DNA of 53,205 nucleotides from Catajapyx aquilonaris (Eukaryota), in the NCBI GenBank assembly GCA_000934665.2, contig JYFJ02002649.1:1-53205 (forward strand). Reading direction: 5' to 3'. A model generated the notes under the pieces. That model worked only from the letters and a program-made list of their open reading frames with translations. It was not told the origin of the DNA and made no database searches. Below are positions 38,201-49,661 of the stretch, piece by piece. The translations under genes were made by a program, and so were the position numbers. Within the stretch, counting starts at the first letter, position 1; every line of letters begins with the position of its first letter.

Positions 38201-39228
38201 TTTTTTACGTTACCCCGTGATAGGGCCATAGGCCCTTATAGGGGAGTGGAATACCACCATTTTTCCTGCAATTTTCTGCTTTTTCTTCTAACTCCGGTGC
38301 AAGGATGAAAGGAAATGGGGGTAAGGATAGGGATTTTTGGGGAGGGAACATGGGTGCAAGTGCAATGTCTGAAAATGGGTCATGTGCTGTTCCCCAGGAG
38401 GCTAGGTTGCCAGACACCTCCTTGGTGCAGGTCAGAGACCCTCCTGACGCAGGTGAAAGGTAAGTTCCCCAGGCGGGGATCGAACCTGGGGCCTTTCACT
38501 CAGCAAGCCGTGACGTTACCATCACGGCCACCACACCTCCCCCAAAAATAATAATTCATACCCCGTTATCAGCCTATCGGCTCTTTTAGGGGGGAAGTTT
38601 TTTTGTTTTGCCTGGAACTCATTGCTTTCATTTTACTGGGCTTTTTGGGATAGGATAGGGAAGGAAGGAAGCGGCTGTGGCCTATTAATTACGGAAGCAA
38701 CTCCGGATGAGTCTGTTGATATGATAAAAGGGGACTCAAGTTAACTGAAGTGTGACGCAAAATTTGCATACTAACTTATAGTCAACGGTCATCCGAGAAT
38801 TCATTTCTGGAACCTTCTGCTCCATCAAATTTCCATGGTTGCACGAGGCCCTTCTACACGGATTTTTACAGAGATGCATTCTCAAATGTCCGTTGACTCA
38901 AGTTGGTTTGCAAAACGATTGCGCGTCACCCAATGGTTAGGCTTAAATGATGTCCATCACTCAACGGCCATTGAATAAGTTTGAGTAACCAGCATGACGG
39001 TTGAAGTCCCACCCATTTCGTTGTACGGTTGTACCCATGTTTTTTTTTTGCCCCCCTCCCCACGCGGCGTCCCCTCACCTGCTTCCCCTTGAAGAAAAGC
39101 CGTTGCATGTCCGACTCGACGTTCAGCTTCTCCTTCACGAGCCCCCTCAGCTCCTCAATGGTGGTCAGCTTGGAGACGACCAGATGAGCCGTCTCCTTCC
39201 CGTCAATGGTGCGCACCTTCACGTACAT
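29264..39228 (-). CDS. UHRF1: E3 ubiquitin ligase UHRF1 (UBL, tandem Tudor, PHD, SRA, RING)
   Basis: About 9 exons encode UBL ([10 protein letters not shown]...[13 protein letters not shown]), Tudor (GAWFEG; ERGFWYE), PHD ([19 protein letters not shown]), SRA (GVHRPHVAG...GGYEDD...[15 protein letters not shown]) and RING (CICCQE...CKHNIC...CPCCR). Confidence 0.97.
31898..33324. mobile_element. Tc1-like element with ~210-bp TIRs, rearranged into a fold-back, in a UHRF1 intron
   Basis: Ends read TA|CAGTGGTGGCCATAATTAT ... ATAATTATGGGCTACTACTG|TA. Degenerate transposase motifs ([33 protein letters not shown]) are present, the last three on both strands. Confidence 0.9.
34488..35145 (-). mobile_element. 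Degenerate Tigger/pogo-like element
   Basis: A TA|CAGTGAAACC end and a CENP-B-type HTH fragment ([22 protein letters not shown]) on the minus strand are visible. The right end near 35121-35145 is only a weak TIR match. Confidence 0.55.
36830..37457. mobile_element. TTAA-flanked MITE (piggyBac-like)
   Basis: Perfect 17-bp TIRs TTAA|CACTTAATCACCAACGT ... ACGTTGGTGATTAAGTG|TTAA, with internal TGGGGT...GACCCCAC palindromes. Confidence 0.85.
37487..38017. mobile_element. Second TTAA-flanked MITE with reiterated left termini (piggyBac-like)
   Basis: Ends read TTAA|CCCTTAACTACGTA(C/G)GTGGAGCCTGAG ... CTCAGGCTCCACCTACGTAGTTAAGGG|TTAA. The terminus is repeated at ~37487, ~37553 and ~37580. Confidence 0.8.
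38166..38707 (-). mobile_element. 5'-truncated SINE family A with a full SINE family B nested in its tail
   Basis: The outer TSD is TGAGTCTGTTGATAT (38151-38165 / 38708-38722). An inner candidate TSD AAAAATAATAA (38172-38182 / 38544-38554) flanks the family B copy. Confidence 0.8.
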
Positions 39229-39592
39229 CTTGCCCTGGGTGGGTGGGAGGCACTCTCTTGCACCGACCACAGACCCTTCCTGGACACCCTTCGCACAAGG
39301 AATGGCGGGAAAAGCCTCAAAAGCGTCCTGAAGGAAGAAGCCGGGCGCGGTGGGAGGGGAACAGGCGGGGGGGGAAGGGGAAAGAGAGGAAAAGGCGGGA
39401 AGACGCCAGCACTTGCGATCCTGGCGTACGGGAGTGGAAGCTCTTCTCAACCGCCCACATTCAAAACGTGATTGGCAAATCACGTCAGCGTGATTAGAAT
39501 AAACTTTTTCATTTTTAATGCTATTGTCCCCATTGGACTGGGAGGGGGGAGGCAGTAGCCAGGGGAAGGGGCGGAGTCAGTGAACCCGAAAA

Positions 39593-39762
39593 TCGAAAAA
39601 AGTCTTATAGCACGGCTCTGTCTGTCTGTCTGGTCTAGGCGGTCAGGGGTAGGGGGTGGTGGGGGCAGCTAGGGGGCTCGAAAAAAGTCTTATAGCACGG
39701 CTCTGTCTGTCTGTCTGATACCTGTCCCCAGACAGACAGACAGAGCTGTTCTATAAGACTTT
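39593..39762. repeat. Two direct copies plus one inverted copy of a ~35-40-bp unit containing (TCTG)n
   Basis: AAAGTCTTATAGCACGGCTCTGTCTGTCTGTCTG occurs within 39593-39632 and 39678-39717. A near-perfect reverse complement lies at 39729-39762. Confidence 0.85.
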
Positions 39763-40967
39763 ATCCTTTGAAAAAGTCTAAAGGTCACAACTTCCCCACT
39801 ATCAATGTATTTCGTGTGTGTAAACCATAGTGTAAACATGCACAGAACAAATGACACAATAACTTAAATATCAAATGGACCGTTCACAATTTTTTCCACG
39901 TATTATGCAAGCATACAAATGAAGGCAGGTACATCGTAGTTGCTTTAATGACACGACATCAATGCACACACAATAAAATCCTGCCGCTTAGTTTTTTCAG
40001 ACATAAAGGCACTACACCAGAAATGCAGAGGATTTGAAATACAGCGAGTCCCCGACTTAAGTGAGTGGATCTTTCCACAACATTATAATTATGCAAGTTG
40101 GATATTATGTAACTCTGATCATGTTCTTACACTGCACGCATTGGACCTTACAGATCGATGCTGAAGTCGCTGTCCTAGCCAATTGAGGCCAGTTCCAGTG
40201 AAAAAGGATTACTGCGAGACCCAAAAGCAGGTTGAAAATGTGTGTCACATGTAAACTTGGTGAGCAGGTTCGAGTTATCATGAGCCTAAATTTAATGCGT
40301 TCTCTCACAAGTGACAACCAGTCCTGTAGATTTTTTGCAAATGCCTGAAATATTTTAGTCCAACTCTATTGAGTCGAGGACTGGCTGTATAGTGGTAACA
40401 CCTTACATTGTAGGTCCCATTTAACACTGGAATGCACTGAAGATATGTCACTCATTGAAAACAAGACAATAATACATTTCTTCTTGAAATCTACACTTAC
40501 GAAGTCGAGTTATGTGGTATGTTGTGTGTATATTTTAATGTCACCTATACATTAATTCTTAATACTTGCAGCACATACACTAGACCGAGCAAATTGCAAG
40601 AGAGCAATGTGGATCCATCTGCTTTTGACTAGCAGAATTTCAGTCAGTTGCACATGCACTTTTGAAATATTTGGTGAGATCACAAAGTGTAACAGTATAT
40701 CAATTTCACTGTGTTAATGAAAGCTTCTTTCTCCATAGCTACATATCACATTATATACAATATGGACCTGAGCATAATTATGTGCTGCTGAATTGCAAGC
40801 TAAAATATAAATCACATTCTGTACAATATGCAACCCAGCCTCATCCCTATTCTTTATACACGACATTAGTGAATGCTGTTCTATACACGCCTTTGAGATC
40901 CAGATGTCCACTCAGAAGAAAGTGCCGTTGCCTCTAGCTGCACACTAGCACAAAACTACGCACAAAT

Positions 40968-43900
40968 TCACGGTGTGGTCTGTTGTTGAGGCATGTCACT
41001 TGGTGACTCAACAGGTTGAAATCTGTTCGTGTGGACAGGAAATTCCGCAGGAGGATTAGCATTGAGGTCACCACCGTTCACATTGGAATTGGAGTTGCAG
41101 GGTTGGTCCACTGAAGGCAAGGAGGTGTTGATGTTCTGGAGCTCATGTTGAAGTTTCGCCAGTGCTGGGCAGTTGGCCACCACACTGGGTATGCCTTGAA
41201 GTGTCTGTGAAATACCAAGCCACATGTGACTCAATGAACACTAACAGTAGCTATAAAACATACCTCTAGAACATTAGATATGACATCATTGAGCCGCTGC
41301 ACTTCGCTGGCTGTCCAAGTCCATCCATTGTTGTATACTCGCCTTCCCTTGGACAAGCTCGATCTCAGATCTTCCAGTTGCCTGTCTTTGATGTCTAGCT
41401 TTTCATGCAGCTGAGCCATCTGAAACCAAATATTTACATGAATTTTCCTTTCCATAAGTAACTCAAAGGATAAAAGGAGAAGACGACAGTGCAAAAGACA
41501 CCTGTAATAAAAATGAAGTAGCAACTTAAATGATACTAACTTCCTTTTGCAGTGACACTTTATCTCCTTCACTCTCCTTCTCTTCGTGGCCATTTTGCAC
41601 TGAGCCATCTGATGAAGGTGCAGGACTCTTCAATTGTGCCCTCAGATCTTGGATCTGCTGCATCAGTTGCAACCTACAAATTTAAAAAATATTATATCAC
41701 TAATGTGTGACAATATATTGTTATCACCCCAAATATATTCTCCAAAATGTTTACTTTTTTGCACATATCAGTGCAGTTTTCTTATTCTCTGCCCTATTTT
41801 ACATTGAACACACTACTCATGTACAAGTTTCTACTCACTTCTCACTGTGAATTTCATCAATGATACTGTCGTTCTCCAGCTGTATTATCTGCAGTATCCT
41901 GAGTAGCTTGGTGACTGATCTGTCCAGTTCAGCCACCTGATCCTGTAATGTGAATCCTCCAGCATCACCAAATGGTGGAGGCTCTTCCTCCACTGGAAGT
42001 GTCATCTCCACTTCTCGGCTCTCTGGTGAAGGCTGCTCTGGCAGTAGTGGATCATCTCCTAACCCACGTCTCCTCTGAATTGCATCAGAGAGATTCTGCA
42101 GGCTTTCACTTCCAATCAACCTGACGGGCGCAGTACTTGCAGGAGATATAGATGGATCAGTATGCTCTTCTGAACTATGTCCATTGGAAACATGGGTCAC
42201 TTCTGAGATATTTCCATTCGTTTTCAGATCAGGGCTATGAGAATCCAAGCTGGTCTTTGAGGCCCTTGAGAATGGGGAACTGGCTGCATTGTTGAGAGCA
42301 TGAAGGACAGCTGTAACCAAAGATGCGCCCTTCTTGGGAGAGGGTATCTTGAGGATGTCAGTGTCTGGAGATAGCTGAGACTTCTCTGGTTCTATAGGTA
42401 CCACCACCTTGAATTAGGAGAAAAATCAGAATTACTACCTAATTATTGCACTTGTATTCCATCAAGAGCCAACAATAAGCCCACAGCAGAAGTGTAAACA
42501 AAATGTACTTGCCTTCCCTACAGATGGCGTGTCAATTTCCTTCTGAGAGATGGCATACGCCGTCAATAGTTGCTGCACAAGCGTGTCGAGGCGAGCACTG
42601 AGGTCGGAGAGTGAGATGGCCACACTCGAGGCCTCGGCACCCTGCTGCAGCAGCAGGTCGTGTGCCCTCCCCTGCATCCCTGCCACCCTGGATTGCAGGG
42701 TCAGGTACTCGTGCCTGGATGGGATGGAAGAACAAAAAAGTGCCGGCATGTGCGGGTGTGCGCCTCAACTGAGCTGCCCTGAACTTTTACTCTTGCCTCA
42801 CCTACCTGCTAATTTTGCCTCCAGCAGCATGGGTGGGATTGAGGTCAATGTCAGTCTGCAGGTTTTAGCAAATCTCACCCAGTCTGACTTAATCAACAGA
42901 CAATCAAATCCAGACATTAAATTTTGGGATGCAAAATAATTTGAATGCAAAAATAAGCTACTGGAGTTCTGTCTAAATTCATGTCAGTCAATCATCCTAC
43001 AGGTTTCAACCTGATCTAAGAACCTAACCAAATAAAAGACTAATTGCAGTTATTACAAAATGCATGCTCTCACCTTCTCTGCTCACTTATCCTCACCAGA
43101 TGGTGACATTGGGCTTGCTGCTGCTTCAGGTCACTTTCTTTTTGGGCCAGCTTCTCCTTCAGCGAATTAATCTGAAATGAATTCCTCAAAGTTGTTACAT
43201 GTTGAAGTCAATGATATTATCTGCAATCTGGAATGACTATCACGTACCTCATTTTCAGCTTCTTTGAGGGCTTCAGCCATCATGTTCTTCTCTGCTTGCA
43301 TAAAGTCTTGCAGTTCATGGGCTTCACTCTCAGATTCCTGCAGTTGTTGGAACATGGTCTTCTGTGTTGAGGTGCTCTTGTCCAATTCCTTGAAAGGAGT
43401 ACAAAAATATATGATAGGCTATCACAAAGTATCAAAATGGAACAGTAGTTAACTTTCTAACTGAAAACACAGTAAGATTTTTATGAATGAGAACTCCAAT
43501 TCAGGATCGATCATGAAAATTTCCATGGTTCTGGCAGAGCATGTCAAGTCATTTTGGTAGTACTGTGTAGTGTTTTCTAAAAACGTGCTCAAAATGAGAT
43601 ATTTCTTAAAAATTAGTGACTCGACATTAGACATGTTTCACTGTAATTTAGCAACAATAGGCTTATAACCAACTTAATGGTTGTGACATTGCTGGGGTCA
43701 TGATCACAAAATGTGGTTTTAAAAACTAACAAGTAGAGAAATTTGGTTGTATACTCTACCTGTTGTAAAGTTCTGCTAGTGTTTCTGTAGAAGTTGGCCT
43801 CTTCTTGAAGGCTAGCGATCATCTGATTGGACACCTGCAGCTGGTTTTGCAGATCGTGGATATTGTCACTCCGGCTTGTAAATTCTGTAAAAATGTCCAG

Positions 43901-46154
43901 AAAAGATCTCCTCTGAACTTTCAACCGTGGCAGTTTGAATTGTTAGTGCCCATTCACACAGCACGACCACAGGCATACAAGTCATATTCACAGGCATTTA
44001 CATGAGGGTGTGGGACTGGCACGAAGTTTCATGTTATCCCCGATTTTGGTGTTAATCATCATTTACACTACCTCTTTCGACCCCTTCCATACTTTCAAGC
44101 ATGGCCACCACCCTCTGTGCCGTTCTCTCCAGTTCCTTCTGCACCTCGGCCTTCTCAGCCCGCTCTTCCTCCAGAGTGGCGTTCACTTTCTCCAGCTGCT
44201 TCTGGTAAGGCTCACCTTCCTCCTGCAGTTTCCGGTGATCCTCCTGCAGCTTCCTGTGGTCCTCCTGAAGCTTACGATGCTCCTCCTGAAGCTGCCTTAG
44301 CTGCAACTCAAGTCGTGACACATCTCCTCCTTCAGTCTGCACGGCCTGCAAGCACAAATATCATCAAGTTAATAACAACTCTCATTCCAGTGTTCGCTGG
44401 CTCAGCCATGAACAGCCTAAGTAAATCTGAATCAGCAAACAAAATCAACGCACCTGTTCGGAACGGACTGATCTCCAACCCAGCACCACTTGTTCCCCGA
44501 GAGGAGCCTCATTGGTGTCTGCCCCTTTGCCCAAAGCCTGCTGTACATCATCTGATGTCAGCACAGTCTGCACTCCTGCCTCAGCACAAATCAGAGTCCT
44601 CTCCTTTCCTCTGGGAGGCATGGGGGGCATGCATCTTCCTAGGCCTCCACCACGGCTCAGCAGTGAAGTTGCTGTTTTCACCAGGCGAGAATCTTTCGCA
44701 AACCCAAACCAGAACTGCCTTTCCTTGCTATCCAAATCCTCCTTGGTTTTCCAGAAGCGCAACAGACTTGCACGTGTTATGCTAGGCTCACGTGAACCTC
44801 GCTGGTCACCGTTGGTCTTCTTGCGACGTGGTAAGGTTCCGTATTTGTCTAGTGCATTAGGGCGTGAATCAGGGGCGCTGTCAGGCGAGACTCTATCACG
44901 AACTGACACGCTGCGAGACAGCTGAAACCGATCACTTCCTCTGCTATCCTGACTGCTGCTGTCACCAGTATCCTTGCCTTCACGAACTCTCCTTCGCCTC
45001 AGGTTGGGTGCTCTGTCTGGTGGAGTGACATCTGATTGATCACTCTTTCCAGATGATTTTCTTTCCTTGCAGCGGTCTGGTTTGGGTTTTGCAAGCTCCT
45101 TGCAGCGGGCCATGCTTGAGGAACGGGAGGCTGACTTTGCACGTGCCCCAGTCTGATTAGGTTTAGTGGTACCGTTACTCACGCTTTGTGGTGCAGGAGT
45201 AGCAGTGCCACTGCGTGAACGCTCTGGTGTCTTTGAGGCACTAGCACCCCGTTCTTGTCTAGGAGTAGCAGCTTTAGATGATGGCTTTGATGATTTTTGT
45301 GTCGTATCTGTATTAGGCTTTTTAGCAAGTGATGATGGTGCAGCATGTACTATGGTTGTGGCACGCCTTGGTGTGCGTGGTGTTACAGGTGATGAACTTG
45401 ATCCACAAGTGCAGGGTGGTTTTGGATCTGACAATCTTGGCGTTGTCTTTCCAGATGAGCTGCGTCCATTCCTCTTCGGTTCAGGAGTGGTTCGTCGTTG
45501 GTCATGCGCAGTATCTAAACTTACCCGCTTTCCATCTGGTTTGTCTTTTTCAACAATGGCCTCAGTTGAACGACTAACATCACTCTCACTCCCACATTTG
45601 CTGCTAACAATTGATGCCTGAAGCTCCTCGGCACATGAATCAGTCATGGAGCTGAGCATTTTGGTATTGGTCTCCATCTCGTAGTCCATACTGCTGGTCA
45701 CACTGATGATGCTGGTCTCACATGATGCTGACATGAGGATACCATCTAGTGGGAGTGAGATTGGCTCTTGGGTCAAGGTCAGGACAAAGCCATTGGCTTC
45801 CGGATGGTGATCAGAATCCCCACTGGTTCGCCTCGACTTGCTGTCCTCCTTGGGCTTATCTTCCACGCTGCCGTTCATTTTAGGTGCTTGGGGATTGTCT
45901 TTTGATTCTTCACCATTCACTTTGACAGTGTCCGTTTTCTTGTCTTTCGATTCCTCACCATTCACCTTGACAGCGTCCGTTTTCTTGTCTTCATTCATTT
46001 TGGCAGCTTCTACCTTCTTGTCTTCACCATTCATTTTAGCAGCTTCTACCTTCTTCTCGTCACTTTCATCATTGTCGCTATCTCCACCAACAAACACTTC
46101 ACTCTCTTCAAGGTTTTCCAGATTAGCAGACTTTACTTCCGGAGTGGACTCCAT
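40968..46154 (-). CDS. Large protein with a disordered Ser/Thr/Lys/Arg-rich N-terminus and C-terminal coiled coils; family not recognised
   Basis: About 10 exons join in frame: a large exon 46154-~44454, then ~44345-44072, ~43885-43760, ~43388-43248, ~43171-43074, ~42714-42513, 42407-~41839, ~41672-41540, ~41419-41284 and ~41204-40968. Heptad-rich segments are present (LQESESEAHELQDFMQAEK; HLVRISEQRRHE). Confidence 0.8.
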
Positions 46155-47131
46155 CTCACTCTGCTACACCGACATGCCTGGAATGTGAACAGATACCATA
46201 TCAACTATAGATAAAAGAGCGCACATAAAGTGTATAAGGTATTCGGCCTGAGAATAGTACGTCACAATAGGCAACAATGTCAATGGTATATAGCGCTTTA
46301 AATCTTTTGACGTCAGTACTACTCTAAGGCTGAACATATAACATGTTCATGTTTTATACAACACACTTTAGAGCTCCTAATCAACATACCCATTTTCACT
46401 GCATACGGCATAGTGTATAGAGCGTACCTCATCATTTGTGGATCCCATTTGGACATAAATTATTAAAGTCTCAAGGTTACATGTCAAGCACAGGACACAC
46501 CATGATCACCATAAACACAAAAGTGTGGCACAGTACATACATACACCATCCCTTCTCCCATATGATAATGCATGAATAGCCTCTAATCACCAGTCAATGG
46601 TAGTTAATGACCAGCACCCACCATTGCAGGCTTGCACAGCTGCTCTCTACGGCTAGTTCCTACGGCAAGCAGCAGAGTATTGATCCCAGAATATGGCTGG
46701 GGGAAATTCCATTCAGAATAAAAAAAGAAAATGGGGATTCTCACCCAGCTTTCTTCACAACCGTAAGAGAGCCCAGGTAATAATATCAGTCATGTCGCCA
46801 AAAGGAGGTTCTTGACAGTGGAGCCGGAAATTACCTCAGCTAATTTGGGTAATAGTGAGAATTGCCCTACGCTCCTGTGAGCTGCACTCTATTGCCTGAT
46901 GAAAATCTCCAGAGTTCCCACAAGAAAATGTTACCTGCGCCGAGTTGGAAAGACAATGCCGTCCAAAGCTTCAAGCACAATAATTAATTTTTTGGCTGTG
47001 GGAAGAACTGTGCGAAATGCCAGCCAGTTTCATTCGTGCCAGAACTACTCTGCACAATGTTTCAAGCCCAGTAAAAATTACACAAAATGTTTTAAAAATT
47101 GATGAAAAATATGCAAAAAAATATAATTAAA

Positions 47132-48955
47132 CTAGCAGGATACCCGGCGTTGCTCGGGTTATAAAATACTTTTCCATAGGAGTGACTCATTGATTTGGAC
47201 CTTTGCAATACACCTTAACCTGGGCCTCGTCTGGGACTGTGTCCACAGAACAGTGGGAAGGACCAGGTAGTTGGTTGAGGAGTTGTGCGTTGATGAGATT
47301 GCTCTCTCACACAACCAACTGTGCCTCTGGTAGTTGAGGCAAAGATTGGGAAAGACCTTAAATTTTAATTCATCGACAGAGGACACCTTCGTACCGATCA
47401 ATCCCATGTCAACATTTCCTATAGGGCATCGGTTCTAAATTGGCCATTTCCTAATTTCAACAGGTCACATGCAAATTCCTCTGAGTAGTAGTCACCAAGC
47501 AGATAGGTCCTCATGTTCGTAGAGAGATGGAATTTTCTAACATGAGTCCAGAGATAAGAAGACTTTAGGCAAGCTTTTATCTCATCGACTCGTGTGCCTC
47601 GTGGAACAACAGGCAATGTCTGTCTGAAGTCCCCAGCCAAAACCAAAGTTACTCCACCCATAATCTTTTTGCTTTCCCGGATATCCTGCAGTGTCCAGTC
47701 CAGAGCTTCAAAAGCTGCTTTGTGGGACATTGTGCACTCATCCCAAACAATTAACCGGCACTGACTCAAAGGTTGTGCCACCCCGGTACCCTTGCTGATG
47801 TTGCACCTTGCATTTTCCTGTGTAGCTACATTTAGAGGAAGTTTGAATGCTGCATGCGCAGTCCTCCCACCAGGCAAAAGAGTAGATGCTACGCACCGAA
47901 GCAGGTTGGTGTAGGGGTTAAGGAGCCAGACTGCTAATCGGGAGGTCCTGGGATCAAATCCCCGGGCCGGCAACTCTGACCGTGGTTTTCTGTGGTTTCC
48001 CACGGTCCCTCCAGGAAAATTCCGGAGTTGTTTCCGTAATTAACAGGCCACAGCCGCTTCCTTCCTTCCCTATCCCTTCCCAAAAAGCGAAGCAAAAAGT
48101 AAAAAGACAAGAGTTCCTGACAAAAAAAATTTGGGATGAACTCCCCCCCTAAGAGAGCCAATGGCTCTATCACGGGGTAAATTATATATAAAAAAAAAAA
48201 GATGCTACGCCAGAAGAGGCAACCGCAAGTGCAATGTGTTGATCCTGACGAACTTTTCCCAACAACAGATTAGTCACATATGTTTTACCCAGTTCCTCCT
48301 GGTGCACCAAGGAAAAAAACTCCACCTTTCTGATGACTCTGGACATTGTCTACAATATATTGTCGAATAAGCAGATCTATGATCCGGTAGCAACTTTGGT
48401 TCATTAAGAGCAACTTCTCGCGACGTTTTTTTTTTTTTTGTACATATATTAATGAAATGTCGATTGTTAGGGAAGGGGGTGGGGGGGGTGGTTGTGGGGA
48501 AGAGGGTAGGGTGGGGGTGGGGGCATGGAACCAGCATGGAACAGGAGGGGGCGGGCGGATGGAGGAGTGCACGGGAAGGGGGAGACGGACGGGGGCTTTT
48601 TTGGCGGACGAAGAATATATGAAAAGGCCTGGAGGTGGCGGCATGAGGAGAGGGTAATGTGACCAAAGTGGATGTGACCCCGTGGGCCTTGAGAGAAGGA
48701 AGGACCATTTCCATGGCAACTTGTTTATACCAATATGCGGATTATTAGAACAGGGGGCCGAACTCCCAGAGTCCTTTCCGCCTCCTGTGGCCAAGGATGA
48801 CCTCGGAGGTCAATTCCAATGTGCTTAAAACCTTCCCAGTAAAAAACTACCCCTAGTGATACCCCTGGGGCATATGTGGAGGCCTCCGTATGGAACTGAT
48901 GAGGTCACAAAAGACAGACAGACAGACAGATATAGGTCTTAAAATATGTATTAGA
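47132..48955 (-). mobile_element. Non-autonomous Helitron carrying a PIF1-helicase fragment
   Basis: On the minus strand the 5' end is a|TC (48955), followed by (CTGT)n. The 3' end has the hairpin CCCGAGCAACGCCGGG and CTAG|t (47132). Helicase motifs are GAPGGTG (frameshifted), ASSGVASTLLPGGRTAH, LIVWDECTM, LAGDFRQTLPVV and LSTNMR. Confidence 0.9.
47895..48199 (+). mobile_element. Full-length SINE family A inserted in the Helitron helicase
   Basis: An 11-bp TSD AGATGCTACGC sits at 47884-47894 and 48200-48210, with a tRNA head and an A-rich tail. Removing it restores ASSGVAS|TLLPGGRTAH. Confidence 0.92.
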
Positions 48956-49478
48956 TTATGAGATGGTCGAGCCACCAAGTTGTCTGAATGACGCAACTCC
49001 GAGTATTATTATTATTATTTTGCTGCAATGGACTACTACTTGTACTTTGCACATCATCATTATCAGGATCGAACTCTGAATCTTAGGTACTCTCATCCAC
49101 ATCGGTGTCATCAGGCGAAAGCTGAGACACAGCTGCTCGCAGCTGCAACCTACGCGCTGCCATATTTGAAGATGGGGGGTTAGGGCGGTATTGCTGCAGA
49201 AAAGGCATTCATAAAATACTGTATTATAGTGGTGATTTGAAATAAACCAGGGCAGTAGCTTGTTGAATGAAGAATTGAAATTTTACCCCTCCAAAAATTA
49301 GGATGGATTCAATAACTATTCACTGACAGTGAAATAAACATTGAAATAATGCAAAAATATAGTATTACTGTGTGTCGTGTTTGTGTATTTTTAAACTGAT
49401 AATAAGGCATGAGGGAGAACTAAAGTGGCATGAAATAAGAAAATAATTTTTGCGTGTAGCGCACGAGAAGCAATTGTA

Positions 49479-49661
49479 CAGGGCTGGCCCGTGGTGCTGG
49501 CCATATATCGAGGCAACGACTAGCGACATTTTTCCGAAGCGGCAGAAGAAGGAATCTTGCTCGCCCCGTCGCCCGGCTTGTAACATGCTTATCTTCGATT
49601 CCTTCTTCTGCCGCTTCGGGAAAATGTCGCTGGTGGTTGCCTCGATATATGGCCAGCACTG
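49479..49661. mobile_element. Short TA-flanked hairpin MITE
   Basis: 63-bp arms (49494-49556 / 49597-49659) are nearly perfect. Outer ends read TA|CAGGGCTGGCC ... GGCCAGCACTG|TA. Confidence 0.7.

Noticed and set aside
38926..39483. 185-aa ORF suggesting an N-terminal extension of UHRF1
   Set aside because: It starts at a non-ATG codon in GC-rich 5' sequence and reads into the intron. The conserved start is MYVKVRT at 39228.
49020..49163. Minus-strand acidic reading frame (MAARRLQ...DDTDVDEST*DSEFDPDNDD) resembling a transposase N-terminus
   Set aside because: It is short, contains a stop, and I found no catalytic region or termini.
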